DNA of 23,755 nt from Terrimicrobiaceae bacterium (GTDB taxonomy: Bacteria; Verrucomicrobiota; Verrucomicrobiia; Chthoniobacterales; Terrimicrobiaceae), in NCBI GenBank assembly GCA_041752695.1, contig JBGSVZ010000131.1, positions 1 to 23,755 on the forward strand, written 5' to 3'. The notes under the pieces are model-generated. The model was not told the origin of the DNA. It ran no database searches and was given only the letters and a program-made list of their open reading frames with translations. Shown piece after piece: positions 7,176 through 18,639 of the stretch. Within the stretch, counting starts at the first letter, position 1. Each line of letters opens with the position of its first letter. Position numbers and translations under genes: made by a program.

Positions 7176-8303
7176 ATGAAAACAAAAACTCCACTCGCGG
7201 CCCTCGCCGCCCTCACCACAGGAATCCTGCTACTGGCAGGCTGCGGCAAGCCCGCGGACACCACCAAAACGACGGAAACACCCGCCAGCACCCCGGCACC
7301 TGCCGCGGCAGCGGGCCCGGCCACAACCGCGGAAGAACCGGTTCTAAACCTCTTCTGTTGGACAGAATATGTGCCGCAATCCGTCATCGACGCCTTCACC
7401 GCGAAGACCGGCATCAAGGTGAACGTGCAGAATTATGAAAGCAACGAGGAGATGCTCCAAAAGCTTCTCTCCGGTGGTGGGAAATACGACCTCATCCAGC
7501 CTAGCGATTATATGATCGAGGCCATGGGCAAGGCTGGCTACCTGCGCCCGATCGACAAAACGGCGGTGCCCGATCTGAAAAACATCGCCCCGCAGTTCCT
7601 CGATAAGTCCTTCGACCCAGGCAATAAATACTCGGTGCCCTGGATGGCCGGAACTGTCGGGATCATGGTTAATACCGAACTCGTGAAGGACGAGATCAAG
7701 GGCTACAAGGATGTCTTTCAGGAAAAATACAAAGGCAAAATCATCACCCTCGATGACGCCCGCGAACTCGTGAGCTGGGCTCTCGCCTCGCAGGACATTG
7801 ATGTGAACGAGGTCACTCCCGAGTCCCTCGAGAAAGCCCGTCAGGTTCTCCAGGGCTGGATTCCCCTTATCGGCGCCTACGACTCGACCAGCCCGAAAGA
7901 CGCGCTGCTCAAAGGCAACATGGCCATCGGCGTGATCTGGAACGGAGAAGGCGGCTACATTCTGCGCGATGACAACAGCGGGAAATTCAAATGGATCCTT
8001 CCCGAGGAAGGCACCCACCTTTTCATCGACAGCCTGGCCATTCCCAAGGCCGCCAAGCACCCTAAAAATGCCGAGGCTTTCATGAATTTCATTCTCCAGC
8101 CAGAGATCAACAAAATGGTTTGGGAGGAATTTCCTTACACCAATCCCAATGCGGAGGGACGCAAACTGCTCACCCCCGAGCAACTCGCCAATGCGGCAGC
8201 GTTCCCTTCCGATGAGATCATCTCGCAGATGCCGATCTTTAAGGATATTGGCGATCAGGCGTCCACTGTGGATGAAATGATCAACGAGCTAAAAGTTCAG
8301 TAG
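7176..8303 (+). CDS. potD: Spermidine/putrescine ABC transporter substrate-binding lipoprotein
   Basis: Lipobox LLLAG-C and an Ala/Pro/Thr linker. PotD motifs WTEYVP, YESNEEM, YDLIQPSDY, FDPGNKYSVPW, LDDAREL, WNG, PEEG...IDSLAIPK. Confidence 0.92.
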   Translation: MKTKTPLAALAALTTGILLLAGCGKPADTTKTTETPASTPAPAAAAGPATTAEEPVLNLFCWTEYVPQSVIDAFTAKTGIKVNVQNYESNEEMLQKLLSGGGKYDLIQPSDYMIEAMGKAGYLRPIDKTAVPDLKNIAPQFLDKSFDPGNKYSVPWMAGTVGIMVNTELVKDEIKGYKDVFQEKYKGKIITLDDARELVSWALASQDIDVNEVTPESLEKARQVLQGWIPLIGAYDSTSPKDALLKGNMAIGVIWNGEGGYILRDDNSGKFKWILPEEGTHLFIDSLAIPKAAKHPKNAEAFMNFILQPEINKMVWEEFPYTNPNAEGRKLLTPEQLANAAAFPSDEIISQMPIFKDIGDQASTVDEMINELKVQ

Positions 8304-8345
8304 ACCTGCTCTGATGCGCACCGACATGATCAGCCGGACCTCCTG

Positions 8346-9218
8346 ATGGCCGCCGGTCCCGTTGTGCCCTTTACGGGCAACTTCACTCGCCGCCCCGGCC
8401 TCGGGGCCTGGCTTTTCATGTCGCCGTTGCTCCTCTGGCTGCTGCTGTTTGTCATCATCCCGACGGTGATGATTGTCATCTACAGCTTCGCCAGCAAAAC
8501 GGCCCTCGGGGAAATCCGTTTCGATTTCACCTGGAAAAATTACCTCTCAGCTTTCAATCCGACCTGGCTGAAAATTTTCCTGATGTCGATCTGGTACGCC
8601 TTTCTGACCACCGTCATCTGCATGGTGGTGGGCTACCCCGTCGCCTATTTTATCGGCCGCTCACCGCCAAGCGTGAGAAATCTGCTCCTCACCCTCGTCA
8701 TGATTCCTTTCTGGACGAGTTTTCTCATCCGGACTTACGCGTGGATTTCCCTGCTCAGCCGCGATGGATTAATCAACAGCCTGCTCGTCTCCGCCCACAT
8801 CATTCCGGAGCCCCTCATCATGATGTACACCCCGTTCGCCGTGGTTCTCGGTCTGGTGTACAACTTTCTCCCTTTCATGATCCTGCCAATCTACACCAGC
8901 GTGGAACGGCTTGATAATGCCATGGTCGAGGCCGCCTACGACCTGGGCGCCGGCCCCATGCGCGCTTTCTCCCAAGTCATTATTCCGCTCACCCGCCCCG
9001 GCATAGCCGCTGGGGCTCTCCTCGTTTTTGTACCGGCCATCGCCATGTTTGCCATCACGACCCTGATGGGCGGAGGAAAGGTCCCCACCATTGGGGAAGT
9101 GATTCAAAAACAATTCACCACCGCCCGCAACCCGCCCTTCGGCGCGGCCTTGGGCACGATTCTGCTCCTCATCTTTATTATTTCTCTCTGGGTCACTCGA
9201 CGCCAGAGGGAGGAATAG
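8346..9218 (+). CDS. potB: Spermidine/putrescine ABC transporter permease, PotB-type
   Basis: GYPVAYFI, LVMIPFWTSFLIRTYAW, LPFMILPIYTS, EAAYDLGA, PFGAAL. Confidence 0.92.
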   Translation: MAAGPVVPFTGNFTRRPGLGAWLFMSPLLLWLLLFVIIPTVMIVIYSFASKTALGEIRFDFTWKNYLSAFNPTWLKIFLMSIWYAFLTTVICMVVGYPVAYFIGRSPPSVRNLLLTLVMIPFWTSFLIRTYAWISLLSRDGLINSLLVSAHIIPEPLIMMYTPFAVVLGLVYNFLPFMILPIYTSVERLDNAMVEAAYDLGAGPMRAFSQVIIPLTRPGIAAGALLVFVPAIAMFAITTLMGGGKVPTIGEVIQKQFTTARNPPFGAALGTILLLIFIISLWVTRRQREE

Positions 9219-9244
9219 AACTTGCTAGCGTAACGCAAATGTCA

Positions 9245-9269
9245 CCCGCCCCGGCTTGCCCGGGGCGGG
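9245..9269. other. GC-rich hairpin between potB and pyk (possible terminator or mRNA stabiliser)
   Basis: Perfect 10-bp stem CCCGCCCCGG (9245-9254) / CCGGGGCGGG (9260-9269) with a 5-nt loop; no clear U-tract. Confidence 0.5.
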
Positions 9270-9291
9270 ACCATCTCATTTCAATCTCATC

Positions 9292-10695
9292 ATGCGAAAA
9301 ACCAAAATCATCTGCACCCTTGGCCCCGCCACCGACTCACCTGAGAAGCTCCGTGAACTGATCAATGCCGGAGCCAACGTTTTCCGGCTCAACATGAGCC
9401 ATGCACCGCATGATTGGGTGCGCACGGTCGTCCGCGACATCCGCGCCATTTCCGAGGAACTCGGTGTCATCACCGGCATCTTGATGGATACCCAGGGACC
9501 GGCCATCAGGACCGGCGACCTTCCGGTCAAACTGAATCTGATCCCCGGGGAGATCTTTGAATTCACGATTCGCGGCGAACAAAGCGAGGACGTGCAGTCC
9601 GTAGACGTCAATTACGAAGGCCTGGTGAACGACATCTCGGTGGGTGACACCGTCCTGGTGGACAACGGGGTCATTCACATGAAGGTGTTGACCAAGGACC
9701 ACCACCGCATCCGTTGTGAAGTCCTCACGCCCGGCGTGTTGGGTTCCCGGCGCCACATCAACCTCCCCGGAGTGAAAGTGAACCTTCCCCCTCTCACCGA
9801 AAAAGATCTCGCCGACATTGAAGTTGGCGTCTCAGTCGGGGTCGACTACGTGGCCCTGAGTTTCTGCCGCGAAGCCGCGGATATTGAAGCTCTCAAGCGC
9901 GTGCTCGGCGAACACGGCAGCAGCGCGCGCACCATCGCCAAGATCGAGGACCAACACGCCGTGAGCGTGATCGATGAGATCATCCACGCGGCCGATATCG
10001 TGATGGTGGCCCGGGGTGACCTTGGCATCGAGTGCCCCATGGAGGAACTCCCCATCATCCAACGCCGCATCGTGAAAAAGTGCATCCGCACCGGTCGCCA
10101 GGTGATTGTCGCCACCCACATGCTGGAATCGATGATTGAAAACCCGATCCCTACCCGGGCGGAAATCACTGACGTGGCCAACGCCTGCTTCGAACAAGCC
10201 GATGCCATCATGCTCAGCGGGGAAACGACCGTGGGCAAATACCCCGTGGCCTGCGTCAAAGTTTTTGATAAGGTCGCCCGCCGTATCGAACGCAGCGGCG
10301 GAGCCAACTTTGCCGAGAAGGCCGAGGTGCACAGCCCCCGGCACAAAACCGTCAAGTCCGCCGTCAGCCTCGCCAACTCCCTCTCCGGCTCCAAGATTGT
10401 TGTCTTCACGAAACGCGGATACATGGCCGACAACTTCAGCCAACTCCGCCCCAGTGAGGCCTCGATTTTTGCCCTGACGCCCTTCGAGGACGTCGCCCGT
10501 CGTCTCACCCTCGACCGGGCCGTCGAGCCTATCGTCATGCCCTTTGACCTGAACCCAGAGCACACCGTCGCTTCCGCCGAAAAACTCCTGCTCGAGCGTG
10601 GCTTGATTTCCGTGGGCGACCAGCTTGTCGTCCTGACCGACACCATGGCCGGCGGCGAAAAATTCGACTCCATCCAACTCCGCCGCGTGATGTAA
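9292..10695 (+). CDS. pyk: Pyruvate kinase
   Basis: MRKTKIICTLGPA (ATG at 9292 preferred over the track's TTG at 9256), FRLNMSH, DTQGPAIRTG, AKIE, MVARGDLGIE, ATHMLESM, PTRAE, MLSGET. Confidence 0.97.
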   Translation: MRKTKIICTLGPATDSPEKLRELINAGANVFRLNMSHAPHDWVRTVVRDIRAISEELGVITGILMDTQGPAIRTGDLPVKLNLIPGEIFEFTIRGEQSEDVQSVDVNYEGLVNDISVGDTVLVDNGVIHMKVLTKDHHRIRCEVLTPGVLGSRRHINLPGVKVNLPPLTEKDLADIEVGVSVGVDYVALSFCREAADIEALKRVLGEHGSSARTIAKIEDQHAVSVIDEIIHAADIVMVARGDLGIECPMEELPIIQRRIVKKCIRTGRQVIVATHMLESMIENPIPTRAEITDVANACFEQADAIMLSGETTVGKYPVACVKVFDKVARRIERSGGANFAEKAEVHSPRHKTVKSAVSLANSLSGSKIVVFTKRGYMADNFSQLRPSEASIFALTPFEDVARRLTLDRAVEPIVMPFDLNPEHTVASAEKLLLERGLISVGDQLVVLTDTMAGGEKFDSIQLRRVM

Positions 10696-10752
10696 GGCCC
10701 CGGCCCCTTGCGGACCAATCTCGACCGGGAAGGGAGACCCCGCCCCGGTCTC

Positions 10753-11424
10753 TCAATTTGCGTATTCCGACAGGGAACCCGTCCCGGAATAGGTGTATTC
10801 CATCGTTTCGGCGTCAAATCCCTCCACCTGCCTCACACTCCCATCGGCGAAAAGAATGTTTGTCCGCCCGGCATGGAAGGGCGACTTGGCCGCGAAGGGG
10901 TTCTGCGTGTAATCGTCCTTGTCCGCATCGGAGGCAGTGAAAAGGTTACCCGTGATGTCGCCGCCAAGGATGTATTTCGACGGAGCATTGAGCTTGTGCA
11001 GATTGAGGGCGCTGAACGTCCCGGAATCTTCATAACCCGCCCGGGTGCCCAGAAAATACCCGTACACAGCGTTATTCGGAATCAAGCGGGCGCTGCCTGG
11101 GCACCGATAGACCTTGGTGTTTTCTCCCAGGTAGGAATCAAGCTGTTCCGTCCAACCGGGCTTCCCCGTTTCAGCATCGGTTGTGCCGCGTGGGACCGTC
11201 GCCCCGGCAATCGGACAGAGCCCCTGATTCTCACCCGCAAACGCTAAAACTCCCGCCCCGATCTGGCGAAGGTTTTGCGAGCACGTGGCCGTCTCCGCCT
11301 TGTCGCGCGCCCGGGAAATTGCCGGCAGAAGTAACGCCGCCAAAATGGCGATGATGCTGATTGTGACCAGAAGCTCCACCAATGTGAAACCCTTCCCTTC
11401 CCTCACTTCCTGACGATTTTTCAC
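10753..11424 (-). CDS. Prepilin-type N-terminal cleavage/methylation domain protein with H-X9-DG motif (DUF1559-like)
   Basis: G^[28 protein letters not shown]...CSQNLRQIG and C-terminal [12 protein letters not shown] (H-X9-DG). Start uncertain: GTG at 11424 preferred, the ORF extends to 11460. Confidence 0.9.
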   Translation of the reverse strand: MKNRQEVREGKGFTLVELLVTISIIAILAALLLPAISRARDKAETATCSQNLRQIGAGVLAFAGENQGLCPIAGATVPRGTTDAETGKPGWTEQLDSYLGENTKVYRCPGSARLIPNNAVYGYFLGTRAGYEDSGTFSALNLHKLNAPSKYILGGDITGNLFTASDADKDDYTQNPFAAKSPFHAGRTNILFADGSVRQVEGFDAETMEYTYSGTGSLSEYAN

Positions 11425-11474
11425 GGGCGAGAATCTCCCTCGCACCCGCGCAACGGGCAAGGTAATTTCCCAAC

Positions 11475-13268
11475 GTGCCCCGCATCGCAGACGAAACCAT
11501 CCAGCGTGTCGCCGAAGCCAACGACATCGTCGAGGTGATCAACGACTATTTCCCGCTCAAGCGGGCGGGCACGATGTGGCGGGCGCTTTGTCCGTTTCAC
11601 CGGGAGAAAACGCCGTCGTTTAATGTCAATCCTCAGCGCCAGTGGTACAAATGTTTCGGCTGCGGGGCCGGGGGGGACGTCATCCGTTTTGTGCGCGAGT
11701 ATGAACACCTGGATTTTGTCGAAGCCGTCCGCAAACTGGCACGTCGGGCGGGTATCCCCATCATTGAGGAAGCCGGTGGACCGGAGGATGACAAACGCTC
11801 CGAAACGAAAAAACGTCTGCTCGCCCTCCACGTTGAAGCGGCCGCGTGGTTCCACCACAACCTCCTCCGCATGCCCTCCGCCCAGATCGCGCGCGATTAC
11901 CTCAAGGGCCGTGGCATCAGCGTGGAGGTCGCCAAATCCTGGCAACTCGGATTTGCGCCCGACTCCTGGGACGCCCTCCTCGAATTTCTCCGCGGGAAAA
12001 AATTCCGTCCCGAGGAGATTGCGCAAAGCGGGCTTTCCACCACCCGTGACGAGGAGGAAAACGCCAAACCCTACGCACGATTCCGCGGTCGGGTGATGTT
12101 TCCCATCCGCAACGACTACGGCGAGGTGATCGCCTTCAGCGGCCGCGTGCTCGACCCCGAGGCCAAGACCGCCAAATATCTGAATTCGCCGGAGACCCCG
12201 ATCTTCACCAAGGGTAAGGTGCTCTATGGGCTCGACAAATCCAAACGCGCCCTCATCGAGACAAAGACTGCCATCGTCTGCGAGGGGCAGCTTGACCTCA
12301 TTAGCACCTTCGAGGCCGGCGTGTTAAATGTCATTGCCTCGCAGGGCACCGCCTTCACTCCCGAGCACGCCCGCCTCCTTCAGCGATTTGTCGAAACCGT
12401 CATCCTGTGTTTCGATTCCGACCGCGCCGGACAGGAGGCCGTCACAAAATCCCTGCCCTCCTTGCTGGAGCACGGTCTGGAAGTGAAAGTCGCCCGCCTT
12501 CCGCAGGGAGAAGATCCCGATTCTCTCATCCGCGGACAGGGGCCGGAGGCCTTCCGGGCGGTAGTAGATGCGTCGAAAGGCTTCTTCGATCACGCCTTGG
12601 AGATTCTCGCGGAACGCGGCACTCTCGACGACCCCGCCGGAAAATCCGCCGCCGCAAGACGCCTTGGCCCCTACGTCGCCCACATCAAAGACCCCGTGCT
12701 TCTTGACGCCACGGCCAAAAAGATCTGCGCCAGGCTGGGGATTCCCCAAGCCGCTTTTGCCCAGCATCTCAAAGCCTCCGCATCCTCCGCTGGCGAGGCC
12801 CCCGAGCAAAAACTACAAATCGCCCCGCTCGTCCTCGCCGAAGGCGTCCGGCAGCTTTGCCGACTTTCGCTCCTCAGCGCAGAAGTCCGCCAGTGGCTTT
12901 CTCAGCAGGATTCTCCGTCCCCCACCTCCATCGGCGAGGGGGGAGATTTTCTCCAAAAGATCCTCATTTCCCCCCTCCCCCTGGAAGAGACCGCCGCCCG
13001 GGCCGCTTTTGTCAGCGGGTTGAGTGCTGCCGAGGAAATGACGCTCTCCTCCATCGACCTCGACCGCGCGCCGGAAAATGCCCTGCCGCTCGCTCAAAAT
13101 CTCTGGCTTGGTCTCGCCGCTGCCGTCTTTCGTCATCAAATCGACGCCGCAGCCTCGCAACTCCGCCAAGCGGGCATCGCCCCCGCCGAGCGCCTCCGCC
13201 TCCAAACGCTCATCGGAACGGCCAGCAAACAAATTCTTGACCTCCAATCCCGCGTCAACGAAGTTTAG
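11475..13268 (+). CDS. dnaG: DNA primase
   Basis: CHC2 zinc finger ([11 protein letters not shown]...CFGCG), [31 protein letters not shown]...FDSDRAG...DPD. Confidence 0.97.
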   Translation: MPRIADETIQRVAEANDIVEVINDYFPLKRAGTMWRALCPFHREKTPSFNVNPQRQWYKCFGCGAGGDVIRFVREYEHLDFVEAVRKLARRAGIPIIEEAGGPEDDKRSETKKRLLALHVEAAAWFHHNLLRMPSAQIARDYLKGRGISVEVAKSWQLGFAPDSWDALLEFLRGKKFRPEEIAQSGLSTTRDEEENAKPYARFRGRVMFPIRNDYGEVIAFSGRVLDPEAKTAKYLNSPETPIFTKGKVLYGLDKSKRALIETKTAIVCEGQLDLISTFEAGVLNVIASQGTAFTPEHARLLQRFVETVILCFDSDRAGQEAVTKSLPSLLEHGLEVKVARLPQGEDPDSLIRGQGPEAFRAVVDASKGFFDHALEILAERGTLDDPAGKSAAARRLGPYVAHIKDPVLLDATAKKICARLGIPQAAFAQHLKASASSAGEAPEQKLQIAPLVLAEGVRQLCRLSLLSAEVRQWLSQQDSPSPTSIGEGGDFLQKILISPLPLEETAARAAFVSGLSAAEEMTLSSIDLDRAPENALPLAQNLWLGLAAAVFRHQIDAAASQLRQAGIAPAERLRLQTLIGTASKQILDLQSRVNEV

Positions 13269-13296
13269 GGGCTCTTCTCGAAGCACCAAGGCTGCG

Positions 13297-15153
<1,857 letters not shown>

Positions 15154-15171
15154 GAAAATTTCCTTCCCGTC

Positions 15172-15208
15172 AAAAAAGGGCAGCCCGCGCCAGCGGCTGC
15201 CCTTTTTT
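15172..15208. terminator. Bidirectional Rho-independent terminator after rpoD
   Basis: Perfect 14-bp inverted repeat AAAAAAGGGCAGCC (15172-15185) / GGCTGCCCTTTTTT (15195-15208), giving a U-tract on both strands. Confidence 0.93.
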
Positions 15209-15329
15209 GTTGTCCCGGAAAATGCCGTTCTGCGCACCGCCTCGATTCGATGTTCTCCCCGATCAACTGTTAATCTTCCGCCGCATTGACGCAGAGTACC
15301 GTGAACGCGATGTGTAGTGTTTCCACCCC

Positions 15330-18300
15330 TTGCGCCCCACTCTTCCCTTGAAATCAAGACCCCTCCTCGTCCCTCTCGCCCTTTTCGCCATCGCGCTGTC
15401 TCTGACCCGCCCTTCCCTCCAGGCATCCGTCCGCTTGTCCGGCACACTCGGTTACAATCAATTTGAAAATCGCGTCAGATTTTTGACCACCGGAGGTTTC
15501 GGTCTTCCCGACGGAGACTGGACCATCGGGATTTGGGACAATTATTTTCAAGGCAACGGAGGCTGGCTCATTGCCACCAACACCCCCACGGCAAGCACCT
15601 CAACACTGAGCCTTTGTTACGACAAAGCACGGGGACGTTATGTGGTCGGCGGTATGGACAGCTCCGGAAACGCCTTCGGAAGTGGAGGCACGCTCAGCGG
15701 AGTTGCCGGCACCTTGCCCGGCGGCTACCTGGCCCGAATCACCGGGAAGTTTAACCCGCGGCTGCACATCATCCGCCGCCGGGGCGGATTCAATGAATAT
15801 CTGGTGGCGGAGGCCGGGCACGCCCCCGTCCTCGTCAGCAGCCAGCAGCGCCCCTTCGTAGGATTCCCATCCAGGAATTGGTGGCTGGGCTGCCACAGTG
15901 ACTGGGCGGAATTGTATGATGGCGATCTGGAGGGCTTTTTTTTCGCACCCACCGCGGTGAGCGATCAGGATGTTGCGCTGATGGCCGCCGGACAGAAACC
16001 CACCAGCAGTCCCAGCGTGAATGCCAATCTGCCAGTCTATTTCCCGATCGAGACAGCCTCCCTCTCAAATACGGCAAACCCCTTGGCGCTGGTGAACCAG
16101 GGAACCAATGGTGCGATCGGCTTGAATCGGATGGGAAGTGTCAGTCGGTTTTTGGACGGCCCCATGCTTCGTGGGGCGATTGCCGAAAACAACACTCCCG
16201 CCCAGGTGACCGAACCCACCAATGTGGTCGCCCTCAAGAGCTTTCAACCTTTCCAAATCATCCGGCATCTGAACGGGTCCGCCAATGTGCGGTTTACCGG
16301 GTTCGATTTTGGCGCAGGCGCGGCCGACCTCCAAATTCGCTTTGCGGATGTGGAAAACGCAACATCCACCGCGTGGCAGACTCTGCTCGCCAGCTCTCCG
16401 GGCGGAGGCTCGGCCATTGATACAATCATATCCGTTCCCAAGGGCTACTGGAAAACCATCGAAGTGCGCCGGGTGAATTCCCCGGGAGGGACAGGCGACA
16501 GCAACCGTCCCAACCGCACGTGGTCCCGCTGGTCTGTGGGTGAAGTGGTCGTGGTGTGGGGGGACAGCATTCAGGGACAGGTCGAGTCAACAGGGAGAGC
16601 CAGCATTGTGGCTCCCAACGGTTTTACGGCGAAGTATCCCAGCACCTATCCCAACACCATCCCCGGCGATACAAACCCCCTATACAACGGAATGTGGAAC
16701 TTCCTCAAAGGCACGGGAATGGGCGGAGGAACGCAGGGTGAAAACGAAATCGCCAACAATCTGTCGGACGCTTCCCAATGCTGCGTCGGGATCACCGTGG
16801 TCTGGGCCGGAGCGACCCGGCTCGCCTATTGGAATGGTCGGTTGGGCTCGTCTCCCTACAACACGGCAAAAGCGCTTTGCCTGGCCAACGACGGATTAAA
16901 CAAACCCAGCATCATCACCTGGGTCGCCAACCTCGCGAGCGCGAAATATTCCGATGACTTTTATCAGGACCTCGAGCTTTTCAAGAATCTCCTGAATACC
17001 GATTTTGGCGCGGGCACCTGGAAATTGGTGGTGGCACCAACGCCCATTATTTTCGACCCCGAGCCCGTGTCCGGCGCAAGCCTGCACATCGTGCGGGACG
17101 CCAGTTGGCGCTGGGTGCGGGACAATGCGCAGTGTGCAGCCTACGGTGGGATTTCCCTCGATCACCTGACCTACGACGGTGTGCATCCTGTCGGCGCGGC
17201 CTGGGATCTCATGGCGCCACGCTGGGGGAATGCGGTGGCCCACCTGCGGGCGCCGGCAAGCTACGCCGACCCGCGCGCCGGTGAGATCGTGAAGTTTTAC
17301 CGCTCTTCCGGGAATCTGATCGTGCAGGTCCAATTACTCGCCGGAACCGCCCTCAGCCTGAAGGACCCTGCGGCAAAAATCAGCGGATTCACCCTTTCGA
17401 GTGACAACTTCGCCACCACGATACCCATCACCGCGGCAACTCTCATTGGGAACACCACAATTCAGATCACCCCGGCCTCACTACCTCAGGGCCCCTTGAA
17501 ACTTCGCTATCTTTTCGGCCGACCCGGGGCCTCGGGGACCACCCTGGCGCAACTGGGTGCCGACAACATGCTTTATGTGAATGCCGGCCCGACGAATCTC
17601 CTCGCCATTCAGCCAATCTACGGATCTGCCAGCACCTCCTGGGCCATGGTCGAGGGGACTGCACCGGTGGCTCCTTCCATCACGGCCGACGCACCGCCGA
17701 ACGGCAAGGTGGGCAGGGCCTACCTTCACACGCTGACCGCGACCGGGGGAGCAACTCCCTACACGTGGTCGCTGACCTCTGGAAGCCTTCCCGCGGGACT
17801 AACCCTCGCCAGCGACGGCGTCCTCTCAGGCACCCCTGCTGCCTCAGGAACAGCTAGCATGACCCTACAGGTTGCCGGGAGCGATGGGGCCTCCTCCACC
17901 TCCCCATTGAGCCTGACCATCGCCCCGTCCTCTCCCTACGAGACCTGGCAGGCAGCCAAGTTCACCTCCACTGAAATTGACTCTGGACTGGCGGCAATGG
18001 AGACGGATTTCGACGATGACCACGTTTCAAATTTATTGGAATACGCCTTCGGCGGAAATCCCAAATCCGACGATGGAAAAACGCTCGCTCCTGTGCCGGG
18101 GATTTCGGAACACGGGCTGCAGCTCTCGTTTCGCTGCGATTCCAGTTGTACGGACGTTGACTACATCATCCAAGGCTCCGACACCTTGCAGGCGGATTCC
18201 TGGACCGATATCGCGAGAAGCTTTGGAGGTGCCACCACGGTCCCGCTTTCCGGACTCGGCACAGTGGCGGATTCCGGTACGGGCCTCCGCACGGTCACGG

Positions 18301-18377
18301 TGACCGACCTGACGTCATCACCCCCGGCAACTCGAAGATTCCTGCGACTAAAGGTTACAACCTCCCCTCAACCATAG
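15330..18377 (+). CDS. Secreted multidomain protein: LamG-like jellyroll + SGNH/sialate O-acetylesterase-like domain + He_PIG-type Ig domain + C-terminal domain
   Basis: Signal peptide ([18 protein letters not shown]...SLQA). LamG-like end (WWLG...[10 protein letters not shown]...[13 protein letters not shown]). [11 protein letters not shown] (16560-16568) and DGVHP (17175-17189). Ig motif [36 protein letters not shown]. Tail [19 protein letters not shown]...[12 protein letters not shown] start. Confidence 0.75.
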   Translation: MRPTLPLKSRPLLVPLALFAIALSLTRPSLQASVRLSGTLGYNQFENRVRFLTTGGFGLPDGDWTIGIWDNYFQGNGGWLIATNTPTASTSTLSLCYDKARGRYVVGGMDSSGNAFGSGGTLSGVAGTLPGGYLARITGKFNPRLHIIRRRGGFNEYLVAEAGHAPVLVSSQQRPFVGFPSRNWWLGCHSDWAELYDGDLEGFFFAPTAVSDQDVALMAAGQKPTSSPSVNANLPVYFPIETASLSNTANPLALVNQGTNGAIGLNRMGSVSRFLDGPMLRGAIAENNTPAQVTEPTNVVALKSFQPFQIIRHLNGSANVRFTGFDFGAGAADLQIRFADVENATSTAWQTLLASSPGGGSAIDTIISVPKGYWKTIEVRRVNSPGGTGDSNRPNRTWSRWSVGEVVVVWGDSIQGQVESTGRASIVAPNGFTAKYPSTYPNTIPGDTNPLYNGMWNFLKGTGMGGGTQGENEIANNLSDASQCCVGITVVWAGATRLAYWNGRLGSSPYNTAKALCLANDGLNKPSIITWVANLASAKYSDDFYQDLELFKNLLNTDFGAGTWKLVVAPTPIIFDPEPVSGASLHIVRDASWRWVRDNAQCAAYGGISLDHLTYDGVHPVGAAWDLMAPRWGNAVAHLRAPASYADPRAGEIVKFYRSSGNLIVQVQLLAGTALSLKDPAAKISGFTLSSDNFATTIPITAATLIGNTTIQITPASLPQGPLKLRYLFGRPGASGTTLAQLGADNMLYVNAGPTNLLAIQPIYGSASTSWAMVEGTAPVAPSITADAPPNGKVGRAYLHTLTATGGATPYTWSLTSGSLPAGLTLASDGVLSGTPAASGTASMTLQVAGSDGASSTSPLSLTIAPSSPYETWQAAKFTSTEIDSGLAAMETDFDDDHVSNLLEYAFGGNPKSDDGKTLAPVPGISEHGLQLSFRCDSSCTDVDYIIQGSDTLQADSWTDIARSFGGATTVPLSGLGTVADSGTGLRTVTVTDLTSSPPATRRFLRLKVTTSPQP

Positions 18378-18639
18378 AATTTGGGGCAGAGCCCGAAACC
18401 AAAAACCGCGGCTCCCCCACTTCCACTCTCCCCTCTCGGACGCGGAGAGCAAGGGCATGCCATTCCTCGCAGGCGGACTCGGAGCGGCGAACTCCGGTCG
18501 ACGACCGAAAGATTCAACCGCGCGGAGCGCGGGACTTTTGACCGTTGGCGAAGGGAACCCTCGGAGCAAATTTGGATTCCAGGCCCGCTGCCCGCATCCG
18601 CAGCCGATTGGAGAGTAAAACACCCTCCTTCGCGAAAAA

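Noticed and set aside
9256..9291. Extended pyk N-terminus from a TTG
   Set aside because: The TTG lies in the loop of an intergenic hairpin; ATG 9292 gives the canonical MRKTKIICTLGP start.
10723..10752. GC hairpins between the convergent pyk and prepilin genes (GACCGGG/CCCGGTC; GAGACC/GGTCTC)
   Set aside because: Short, mutually exclusive stems without U-tracts; not enough to call a terminator.
13078..13296. Extended rpoD N-terminus given by the ORF track
   Set aside because: Overlaps the dnaG 3' end by ~190 nt and shows no sigma-like sequence; TTG 13297 is more plausible.
15286..15320. TTGACG and TAGTGT hexamers upstream of the 1015-aa gene
   Set aside because: The 23-nt spacing is incompatible with a single sigma-70 promoter.
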